From Hemiscyllium ocellatum (lineage: Eukaryota), in assembly GCF_020745735.1 (NCBI RefSeq), contig NC_083408.1:57876484-57940483 (forward strand): 64,000 nt of DNA, written 5' to 3'. The notes below the pieces were generated by a model that had not been told where the DNA came from, did not search any database, and saw nothing but the letters and a program-made list of their open reading frames with translations. The position numbers were made by a program, and so were the translations under genes. How positions within the stretch are numbered: position 1 is the stretch's first letter; every line of letters starts with the position of its first letter. Below are positions 49,215-60,819 of this stretch, piece after piece.

Positions 49215-51969
49215 GGATTTGAGAGGCATTCTAAGAAAAGTAGATGAAGATTTTGGCTCTTTAAAAGTAGGGAGAAGAAGGGTTTCAGAGTGATTTTTTA
49301 ATGAAAAAGACAATATAGGTAGAACTCCGACACATCAAATTCATGAGGCCCAGCTTAGATTATGGCCAAATGGCCTCCTCCTGCACCATAACAATTCTCT
49401 GATCCACAAATTATGTTCTGTACATTTGCACCAGAGACTGATCATGAGCAGCTACTCCAGGCCAAGACCTGTGTGATTGAGACCTTCTACCCATGGAATT
49501 GTCCTCATCTTCAGGTCTGACATATTGGTCTACTCAACATGGGAGCTGGCTAGTTTTCTGTCACTGTGTTTAATGTCATCTTCATAATTCTTCAGAAGTT
49601 ATTGTAAGAGCAATAACTAATCTTCAGTAAACTTGAGGCATTATATGCGATGTGTTTGATCAATCATTTGTAAATTTATGAATGTATGAAAACCAGAGGC
49701 TATTTCTCAATTCAGTGTTTTGAAAATAGGTTATTTATAAATATTTAAGTTACTTTCATCGTGAAGAAATTTGATTTTTCAATGATTTATTTGTTTAACA
49801 TCTTATATGAAAATGCTTGATTCCATTATGAATCCTTGTTCACAAAGACAATTGTGTGCATATCTATTGTATGAAGGTGTAGATACAATGAACCCTTCCA
49901 GCAACCAGCTTTTATAATTATTGGTTGTGATCCACTTTGTTGCTGTTATGCCCATGCTGTAGTTCATCCTGATCTGAACCTGCTGAGAATAATAATAAAG
50001 ATAATACATGTGCCATGTTCACACAGTAAAAAGAGAGGCAGCACAATGAAGATCAAGAGCAGATATAATAACTATTAACCTCAGCTGAGGTAACTGAGAG
50101 GTTATGTTTATCCTTTTAGAAAAGTTATTGTCCCTGTAAACTTGAACAATGCTATATTGCAAAGGAAAAAAATATAGCTTTGCACTGTTCCCATATAAAA
50201 TAAGTTCATGCATAGTGCTGTTTGAACTAAGCATAGTAGCATGCATCTGTACTTAGCAAATGTGCATATTTAAAAAAAAAGTACTTTTCTGGACTATAAA
50301 AGTTAGTTAATGTGCAGTGATGCCAATTACAATGTTGTCAGTCAATGCTATGTTATGAAGATTGCATGACAGAAGCGATATAGACTTGTTTGAAAAGTAT
50401 TTTCATTTAAAAGTAGATTAATAGAAGTTTCAGCTTGTGGTATATTTGGAGCACCATGATCATGGCCTGTATGCACCTCATTTCTATTATTTGTTTGAAT
50501 TCAATGGGCCAAGTGTCAAAACCAGTAGTTTGAGCATTACCCAATTTGCAAAGAGCTTGATTATTTATTTCTCCCACAATTTGCGCAATAATAGGCGAAA
50601 ACTCAAAGAATTGATCCGAAATAACTCTGAAAGAGACACTCTTTTTATTGAAGTGATGATGCATTACTGATTGCATTATTAGCCACAAGGCTAATTTTAA
50701 AATTGTGTTTTTATTAGGCAACATTCTACTTTGCAGTAATTTAATTTCAGCTGTTTTGACTGTTAAAATCTTTACTAGCTGTCCCATAAAACTTAGATCT
50801 ACACTAACAGTAGATGGTCTAGTCCTATGCTTTTCATCATGCGACTTTGAAACCAAATTTAAGGGATGCTTGGGAGTTTCAAATCTATCCTCAGGTTTTG
50901 ATTGCTCTCTTTGGAGAAGATTCCAACCTTCTAAATTCATCCTTCGTGGTGACCTCAACACAGCTCAAGAAGAAATAACAGTTGGTAATGGAAACTAATT
51001 GGAGATAATTTCCATCCCCTGACACACATCTACCCAGCTACCATTACCCAACTCCCACTCACTATCCTGGTCTGAAGGAGGAGACAAGGCAGAGCAGCCC
51101 TAATTATTTTAGGTGAAGGCACAGGAGGACTCGCAGGATGAGGGCCCTTCCACTCAGAATCTTTAACAAGACCTACACCTCCCTTTATCTCACTGATGGA
51201 CGGTAAGAAAAGAAGCTGCAGTTTAATAAGGTGGTCGTTACAGAAATCTGCAGTCATTGCTACAGTAACACTCCCATTTATGTTACCGGAATTTTCCTAA
51301 TGTTCTAGGTGATATCATGCACATATCACAACACTCCAGGCACTAAAGTAAATTGCTGAGGCTATGTCACTCTTAGTTATGACAATATATTATTTCTTAT
51401 TGTCAGAAAAGATTAGAAGCAAAGAACTCTAGAACTTGACACGCTTATCAGAATTCCTGTGATTCAGAAGTCACAAACTGCATATACAACCATGCAAGAC
51501 CCTCATTTAAGCTCTGTCACCAGAAAAAATTCCTTTCCTCTATGCCCAGCTTTTGTGCACTGCCAGCAAGGTATCATGCTGCTGAATGCCTCTCAGAATT
51601 GTTACTGTGCAGAAGGAGGCCATTCATTGCTGATCACGCCAACCAAACATTGGATACTCCTATAGTGAGAACCACTCTGACACCAGGAATATAACTTAAT
51701 GGAAGCTTTAAGCTGAAATTACATTCCTTGACTGGTCAAGAAGTTCCCTGCAGTACACAGCTGAGAGTGTTTCCACTTTTATGCTGATTTGTTAAGTTGC
51801 TCAACAAGCTAGTCATCATGAGGGACCAAATATTATCATCATCAGTTATGCCAGAGAGTCAGCTTCAGGAGAAGGAAGACTTGGGCAAGGATCAGACATT
51901 GTCCCTGCATGCATGTAATATCCACGGGACTTTGTAATATACTTTGTAATATAGACAGGGATTCATGTT

Positions 51970-52316
51970 TCATAGAATCCTTCCAGTGTGGAAGCAGGCC
52001 ATTTGGCCCATTGAATCCACACCAACCTTCTGAAGAGAATCCCACCTAGATCCCACCCCCCACCCCTGCATTCCCCATGGCTAACCCACTTAGCCTGCAC
52101 ACTATAGTCAAAAAGTGTGGTGCTGGAAAAGCACTATGGTCAATTTAGCATGGCCAATTGACCTAACTTACACAGCTTTGGATTGTGAGGAAACCAGAGC
52201 ACCCAGCAGAAACCCATGCAGATGCAGGGAGAATGTGCAAACTCCACTTGGACAGTCACACAAGGCTCTAAAGCTGTGAGGGAGCAGTGTTAACTACTGA
52301 GCCGCTGTGCCACCGT
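51970..52316 (-). mobile_element. HE1-type V-SINE
   Basis: Tail, V-domain and head present; contains a short PLE-derived snippet at ~52108-52132. Confidence 0.85.
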
Positions 52317-53589
52317 GGGAGAGCTGTTGGCTGTCATTATTAAAGCCTGCTGTTGAGAAACATCCTGTACCTTTGTCAAATGTCTTTCTTCCTAAAGCTG
52401 AGATTCATTAAGAGCTCTATCATCTATAATCAATTCATATAACCCTTTCCTGATGAGTAAAATTGTAAAAACTCATATGCGCAACTGCAAATTCCCCATA
52501 ATCACAATGTGCACCAAAAGCAAACAATAAAAAATGTTTGATAAGCAACTGAACTTATAAATATTAAACTGTTCACCCTGGTGCTTACCCTTAATGGTGA
52601 ACCTTCATGATTCCTGTGCCAATACCTTGTGCATCTATTTGTCCAATGCAATAATATGCTGGAGAACAGATTTAGAGTCATAGAGATGTACAGCATGGAC
52701 TTTCTGGACAACTCTCGGTGCCTGAAGTCACTATTGCAGCTGCCGTTGCAGCACTTTGCTGTTTCATGGAGCTGAGACCTCGGTCATTAGTACTGAGTTG
52801 CACAGATCACTGGATGGAATGAGGCAGCCTCTTTACATTGGAAAGAATGCGTTACAGGCTCTGCATCAAGTGAAGGATCAAGCTGCATAAGCTTTAGGAG
52901 AAACAACATTCATTTTTTCAAAGCTTTTTTCTAAAGTTTGACTCTTTAAGATCTTAAACTGATATCTTTGCAAAACAAAGAGTTACATGACCTTATCTTT
53001 TGACATGAGTGGTGTCCCCTTCACCTGCTGTGGCCACTACCCACTATTGCCTGGACATTTAACCATGATGATCCCCTTTCAACATGATTCTTCATGCTTT
53101 GTAGAATGCTGCCTCTGAACTGATTGTGATAGCAATTGCCCTGGTGCCTCCTTCCTTACTCTCTGCTTACACTTTCTGAGGAGGCATGGTGGCTTTTCCT
53201 CCCAGTTCCACCGGTTGTGAATCTTCTTCTTCACGATGAAGCTGGAAGGGCTAAGTTTCAGTGCATGTGGCCACTATATGTATGCATGAATCAGGAGACT
53301 GTTTGAAGCTTGTGATTGAGGATAGTGTGGGAATTAGGAATCAGGAATACATGCGAATGTAAGGAAGCAAATGGCCACATATCTCTCAATATTTCCTCTA
53401 TGAGCTTGTGACCACAGCAGCTACTATATCACGATCTGTAATGCCTTGTGAATGGAAATGATATCATGCAGTTATGCTTTGTCGCCCTGGTCATGTCTTG
53501 CTGCTATCTGTTATATGCTGTCTTGTCACAAAGCAGGGTGACTCATAATGTGTTTGTGTGTGTGTACATGTATTAGAGATACCTATCAA

Positions 53590-55045
53590 GGTTGATGAGT
53601 TGTGAGAAGGCCTTTGACAAGGTCCCACATGGAAGGCTGGTCAAAAGCTAAGAGTCCATGGCAAGTTGGCACACTGCACCCAAACTTGGCTTGCAAATAG
53701 GAGACAAAAGGTAATGATGGAGGATTGTTTTTGTAATTGGAAGCCTATGACCAGCAGTATACCAAAGGGATTAGTGGTGGTACCCTTGTTGTACATTAAT
53801 GACATAGATGTAAATTTAGTAAATTTGCAGATTTGGGCGGTATGGTGGCTCAGCAGTTAGAACTGCTGCCTCACAGTGCCAGGGACCCGGGTTCAATTCC
53901 ACCCTGTGTGGAGTTTCCACGTTCTCCCCATGTCTCTGTGGGTTTCCTCCGGGTGCTCTGGTTTCCTCCCACAGTCCAAAGATGTGCAGGCTAGGTGAAT
54001 TGGCCATTCTAGATTACCTATAGTGTTCAGGGATGTGTAGGTTAGATGCATTAGTCAGGGGAAAATGTAGAGTAACTGGGGGAATGCCTCTGGGTTGGTT
54101 ACTGTTCGAAGGGTCAGTGTGGGCTTGTTGGGTCGAAGGGCCTGTTTTCACATTGTAGGGATTTTAAGATTGACTATGATTACATGAAAATTGAGAGTGT
54201 TATTGACAGCGAGGAGGATAGTTGCAGACTGCACCTTATTATTGCTCAGCTGGCAGAGCAATGCAGATAGAATTTAATTCTGATAAATGTGAAGTTATAT
54301 ATTTTGGGAGGTCTAATAAGGCAAGGATATACACAATCAATGGAAGGTCCCTGGAGAGAACTGAGGAACAAGGGAACCTTGGTGTGCAAGTCACTAAATC
54401 CCTGAAAGTACCAGCATAGATAGACAGGGTGGTAAAGAAGGCATATGGGAGGATTGCTTTCATTAGCCAGAGTGTTGCGTTCAGGAATAAGGAAATTTTG
54501 TTGCAACTTAATAAAACATTTGTTAGGCCTCAAATAGATAGAATACTGTTCACAGTTCTGGTTGCCACATTACCAGAAGGACATGATTATACCAGACAGA
54601 CTGCTAGGACGTTCACCAGGATGTTGTCTGAGATGAAAAGTCTCAATTATGTGGAGAGACTGGATAGGCAGAGTTTGTTTTCCCTGGAGCAAGGAGGCTG
54701 AGGGGGGATCTGATTGAAATGATAAAATTATGAATACATCGACAGAGAATCTCTTCCGAATGGCAGATTGTCTTAGACCAGAGGACGTACGTTTAAGGTG
54801 AGGGGCAAATAGTTTAGAGGAGATCAGCGAAAAAAAAGTTTCACCCAGAGAGTGGTAAATATCTGGAACCTGTTGTCTGAGAGTGTGGTAGAGGCAAATA
54901 CTTTCACAACATTTAAGAAGCATCTGAATGAGCATTTAAAATGCCAGGGCACAGTAGGCTATAGACAACGTGAAGGTAAAGGGGATTGAAGTAGTTTGGT
55001 GTTTGTTGATTGGCATAGATATGGTGGGTCAAGGAGCCTAATACT
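53590..55045 (+). mobile_element. CR1 RT to 3' end
   Basis: KAFDKVPH, YINDID and EFNSDKCEVIYFG motifs plus 3' tail. Confidence 0.85.
53834..54165 (+). mobile_element. HE1-type V-SINE inserted in CR1
   Basis: gggcggtatggtggctcagcagttag..ccagggacccgggttcaattcc..V-domain. Confidence 0.9.
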
Positions 55046-55504
55046 ATGCTGTGTGATGCTATGAATGGCCTCATTCTTTACTGTAAAACTCTATGATTCT
55101 ATGACTCTAAATGTCTGCCATGTAATTGTCACTGTGAAAAATGTAGTAATGTAGATTGAGTGAATGTCATTGTATAACCAGATGGTGCATTCAACATGTT
55201 GAGGTTGTAAAGTTAGGATATTGAATTATTGAAAAGTGTTTGAGGGGTGAGACCACTCATTTCAAGATATTAATTTTTTTATTGGTCACTGAAGCAATGC
55301 CCTAAGGATAGAGATCCAGACTGTGACCTCCTCCACATTTTCCTTCCACATTTGCTACATTAGTTTTTACTGTGGCTTCCTTCTCAGCTATGGGTACAGG
55401 ACATGCTTCCACATCTGTACCATCTTGATCAGGACCCTAAGCGCTGCCTCCAAGAACCCTTACCTTTGATTGTCCATCCATCCTGAAATATGTCCATTAT
55501 TTGA

Positions 55505-55840
55505 CAGGACATGGACATCGATGACTTGGCCTGCACTTATTGCCCATCGCTAATTGCCTAGAGGACAGTTATGAGTCAACCATATTGCTGTGGGTCTGGA
55601 GGCACATGTAGCTCAAACCAGGTATGAATGGCAGATTTCCTTTTGTACAGGCCATGAGTGAATGAGATGGGTTTTTGTAGCCATCAGCTACTGTTTTATC
55701 CTCACCATTAAATTCTTAATTCCAGATTATTATTGAATTCAAATTCCATCTGTCTTGATGGGATTCAAATCAGGGTGCCCAGGACATTGCCTGGGTCTCT
55801 GAAGTAAACGTCCAGTGACAACACTGCTGGCTATCACCTC
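55505..55840 (-). mobile_element. tRNA-headed SINE related to the head of 39832 and the tail of the 35378 LINE
   Basis: Shares ggaaatctgccat..acatgtg..ccagacccacagcaat with 40077-40120, and attgcccatc with the 35378 LINE end. Confidence 0.7.
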
Positions 55841-58484
55841 ATGAATTGTCCTGCTGCTTCAATTCCACTGTCAGCCAGTGTACATTCACCCATCAGTAGA
55901 AGGTTATGCATGGAGGTGAAACTGACAGTCCTTTGCTTAGTGCCTCCAGGCACAGTTAAATGTAATCATCAGTGACTAGCCCAAGATTGCAGGCCAAATC
56001 CAGACTTGGAAACATTTTATTAGTGCAGTACCCACATTCTGTTTGTTTTTAATTGTTCTCCAAAATAATTTCCAAGAGGTTTCTTAGACTGTCAAATTGT
56101 CCTAACTAATGGTTTTCAGAGCTTTTCACATGGGAATTGAGAGAACAATATTGTAAATTTCTAATGACACTCTGTTGAATGGGGAAAGGCATAAAGAAAA
56201 TTGGTGACAAGGATCACAAAAATCTGCAAAAGGATATAGACTATAATAGAAGATATGTGCCAGATACAGTTCACTATTTTGTGTCAAATGTTTTGGATAA
56301 TAGTGGGAGAAAATGTGTATTGAACATTCAAATTCTTAACGGAAAAGAGCAAGATAAAGGCTTAAGTGTTGAGAGTATTTCTGGCAAATAACATTTGTTG
56401 CTCACCCTGAGTTATCTTGGTGAAGGTAGAAGAGCAAATGATGTTATTAAATATTTTTCCATAAGTATATTCTCCATATTTCATATTTATAAAGAACTGC
56501 AACACCCCACTGACTGTCAATAGTTGTTATCTATAATAGGGACACCGTGGACCAAAGTATTAGGCATATTTTTGCTGAAACTATTATATATTAACAAGTG
56601 GTTGATGCTTATCCGCACTGCCTGGCAATGTCATTGTGCAGAAAAATGTTGCATTATGTTGTGATGTTGTAACTTATTACTTAAATGGCCTGCTCATGCA
56701 ATGAGCAAAGTAGAAAACATTGCAGAATGCCTTCCTTAAGGCTACAGAAGTTATGGCATTGAATGATATTATATTAAATAATTATTATATTATCATCTCG
56801 ATCACTTTTGTGAACTTCAGGACAACAGTTCACTTGTCAGGCTATCTCAAATATAGTTCATGGTTGGATGCTGTCACTTAGTGTTTACACTGACTACCAC
56901 TACTGAACAAATTTGTTTCATGTTCTGCTTATTTTGATATGTAGGCATTTTTATTTACATTGCTTACAGACACCAACTCTAATAAATAGGTATATATGAA
57001 AGCACATTGTTTAAACCTTTGAATTACTATGGTCCAAAGATACCGCTTTGGCGGTAATGCAATATTGAGTTATGTTTATTGTTTGCTATCATTTTACTAT
57101 CTCAATTTAATGATTATGGTAGCACAAGATAAAGGGAAAGCCTTTGATAAGTTTTCTATGCAGTATTGTGCCTTTTCTAATGCATATACCAAGCTATCAT
57201 GATCTGAAATGTAATGTCCATACCTATCAAAGCAAGCTGAGATATTTGAAATTACACCAAGAAGTGCCTGGGATCTTGAGATTTGCTATAAATGGGGTCA
57301 ATGACTTAACCTCATGTTAAATGTAAAATTATCAAGGAAATCCTAAGTATCAGAATGTGATTACCACTTAAGATCTCTGGAAAGGTAAATCAATTGGGGG
57401 GGGGTGGAAGAAATGGTGAATGCACTCTGCCCTTTCAGTCTCTCACTGAAGCTGCATTTAAGCAACCACCTCACCCCTATTTTCAACATTCCAGAGGAAT
57501 AAAGAAGACACTGTTTCTCCCAGATAATCTGGATAGCAAATTACACCCCTAATATTGTGAACACCCATCTTTGTGATCACATGACCTTGAGGTAGACACA
57601 CTGCCTAAACTGCAAAATTACTTTACGTCATAATGTACGTTGCTTGTGAAATAATTTTAAATGTCTTGATCTTAAAACATTCTTTCATGTGTGGAGGGAG
57701 AGGTTAGGTGGAATTTAAGATCACCTTGAAGGTGTAAGAGGCACTTGAAAATATAATTTCTTTGCTACTTCTTCCAACTTTCTCCCTATAAATAATTCAT
57801 TTGGGCACTTCAAGTTATGTAAATATACTATTTGTGTCCTGGGAAGTGTGGGAGTGGGGTCAGTTAAAACAAATATATCTAATGTGCTATGGCTTTAAAA
57901 CGTTTTCATTTACACAATTAAAGCATTGTGGAATTAGATTATTTTCATAATGTATGATAAAAAATCTGACCAAAATGTTATATTATTGGAACTTATAAAT
58001 GGTTGTAAGATTGTATTTTCTACAATACAGTACTATACAATTACATTATTAGATGTCACAACATGCAGCTCAATTCATAGCTGTTCTCTTCTGCATAAAA
58101 TGTGACAATTTGAAAGCTGAAAGCATTGTTTAAATAGTGAGTGTGGCAAATGGATAGTTTAAAAATCTATCTGTAATATTGCTGGTATGAAATCTGAAGG
58201 ACTATTATTCTAAAGCAGGGTTATTAATAGAAATTTAATTTTTCTAATATTTCAAAACAAACCTGTGAAAAAACTTAAAATACTATGCGGATAGGAGCGT
58301 ATCAATTGAATTGTGTTAGAATCAATGTCACTGGCATGTTCTAATGCAAATATGAATGTGGCATTAAATGCTTACAGAAAGCCATTGGTTGGAAATTTCT
58401 TAGGCCCCAGTCCAGGAGCAGAGAAGAACGACCCAGTCGAAAGCCTAAACAACACATCCTGAGAGTTTGATTGTCTCTAACGAG

Positions 58485-60398
58485 TTCATCTGCAGTAAGT
58501 GTGTCCAATTGCAGCTCCTGTCAGATGACTTGGATTGGTTGGAGTGACAGTTGGACACACAGGAGCATACAGGAGGCAGAAAGCATCGCAGGTAGGAGTT
58601 TTAAAGACATGGTCACAGGGTTCAGGCAAATGGACGGTTGGCCACTGGAAGGGACAGGCAGACAGTGCAGGAGTCCCCTGTGGCTTCCCCATCTAACAAA
58701 TATACCATTTTGGACACTGTTGGGGAATTGCCTATCAGGGTTGTGACAGCAGCAGCCAGAGTGGTGGTACCATCGCTGGCTTTGTTGTACAGCAGAGAGG
58801 GTCAAAGTGCAGTAGAGCAGTAGTAATAAGGGACTTTATCATCAGGGCACTGCTAAGCATTCCTGTGGCAGGAAAAGAGACTCCAGGATAGTGTGTTGCT
58901 TCCCTTGTGCCGGGGTCAAGGATGTCTGAGTGGATGTGGGATATTCTCAAAGGGAGGGTGAGCAGCAAAGGGAGTTCATGGAATTATGTAGTAAATTGAT
59001 AAACAGGACCTCTTGGGATATAATCTCAGGATTACTTTCTGTGCCACATGCCAGTCAGGCTAGGAATAGGAATATAGTACGGATAAATATATGGCTAAAG
59101 AGCTAGTGTAGAAGAGAGAGTTTCAGATATGTCGAACATTAGGATGTCTTCCAGGGAAGGTGGGACCTGTACAGGAAGGATGGGTAACACCTAAAGTGGA
59201 CAAGCACCAATATACTGGCAGGCAGATTTGCTAGTGTCACTTGGGAAGGTTAACACTAGTGTGGCAGGGAATGGGAAGCAGAGCAGTAGATCAACAATTT
59301 AAATGACTGAGGAGGAATTAGAGAATGAGATCAGTAAGGCTAAGAGAAGAATGAACAGTGAGAACACAGTGGAACTGGTGATGTGAAGTGTATTTATTTT
59401 AGTGCAAAGAGTACGATAAGTTAGGAAGATGAACTTAGATCTTGGATTGCTGCATATAACTATGACATTGTAACTATTAGAGATTTGGTTGAGAGAGGGA
59501 CCAGACTGGCAGCTTAACCTTCCGGGATTTAATTTTTTTCAGACGAGATAGAGAGGTATTTAAAAGAGGTAGGGGAGTAGCGTTACTGATTAGGGATAAT
59601 ATCACAGCTGTACTGAGGGAGGACACCTTGAAGATTTCATCCAGCGAGGCCAAAGGAGTATTGTTCAGGAATAGGAACGGTGCAATCACTTTGGGATTTT
59701 ACTGTAGCTCTCTCAACAGTCAGCAGAAGATAGAGGAACATAGACAGATTATGGAAAAATGTAAAATCAACAGGGTTGTTGTAATGCGTGATTTTAACTT
59801 TCCCTATATTGATTGGAACTCCCTTCGTGTCAGGGGCTTGGATGAGTAGGAATTTGTTATATGTGTCCAGGAGGATGTAAATAGTACAACTAGTGAAAGG
59901 GCTATAAAAGACCTGGGTATTGGGGAATGAATCTGGCCAGGTGATCAAGGTTTCAGTGGGACACCATTTTAGGAATAGTAATCATAATTCTCTAAGTTAC
60001 TTGCCAATGAGAATCATACAATCCCTACAGTGTGGAAACAGGCTCTTTGGCCCAACAAGTCCACACCGACCCTCCAAAGAGTAACCAACCCAGATCCCCT
60101 ACCTTATTATCCTATATTTACCCCTGATCAATGCACCGAACCTGAGCATCCCTGAATACTATGGACAATTTAGCTTGGCCAATTCACATAGCCTGCACAT
60201 CTTTGAATTGTGGGAGGAAACCAGAGCACCCAGAGGAAACCCATGCAGACACAGGGAGAATGTGCAAACTTTTCCCGAGGCTGGCATCGAACCCAGGCCC
60301 CTGGCGCTGTGAGGCAGCAGTGCTAACCACTGAGCCACTGTGTTTTCAGGATAAGACTAGTCCTTGGATGAAAGTACTAAACTTAGGAAAGGCTAGTT
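58485..60398 (+). mobile_element. CR1 5' half (ORF1 esterase + APE), decayed
   Basis: SNKYTILDTV, IVCCFPCAGVKDVSE and RVVVMRDFNFPYIDW motifs. Confidence 0.85.
60011..60342 (-). mobile_element. HE1-type V-SINE
   Basis: Tail, V-domain and head present. Confidence 0.9.
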
Positions 60399-60810
60399 AG
60401 AATCATAGAGATGTACAGCACGGAAACAGACCCTTCACTCCAACTGATCCATGCTGATATGCTAACCAAATGTAGTCCCATTTGCCAGCACTTGGCCCAT
60501 ATCCCTTTAAACCGTTTCTGTTCATATAGCCATTCAGATGCCTTTTTAATGCTGTAATTATACCAGCTTCCACTACTTTCTCTGCCAACTCATTCCATGC
60601 ATGCACCACTCTCTGCATGAAAAAACTGCCCCTTAGGTCCCTTTTACATCTTTCCACTCTGACCCTAAACTTATGCCCTCTAGTTCTGGACTCCCCCACC
60701 CCAGGGAAAATACCTTGTCTATTTATCCTATCTATGTCCCACATGATTTTATAAACCTCCATTAAGGTCACCTCTCAGCCTCCGATGCTTCAGGGAAAAA
60801 AATCCCCAGC
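60399..60810 (-). mobile_element. CR1 3' end
   Basis: gaatcatagagatgtacagcacggaaacagaccc tail; FFMQRVVHAWNEL. Confidence 0.9.
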
Positions 60811-60819
60811 ATATCAGAC

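Noticed and set aside
49434-49513. Possible + exon TDHEQLLQAKTCVIETFYPWNCPHLQ
   Set aside because: Weak donor (gtctga) and no recognisable homology; chance is likely
52700-53550. Possible decayed DNA transposon or coding region
   Set aside because: No motif, TIR or sustained frame I can support
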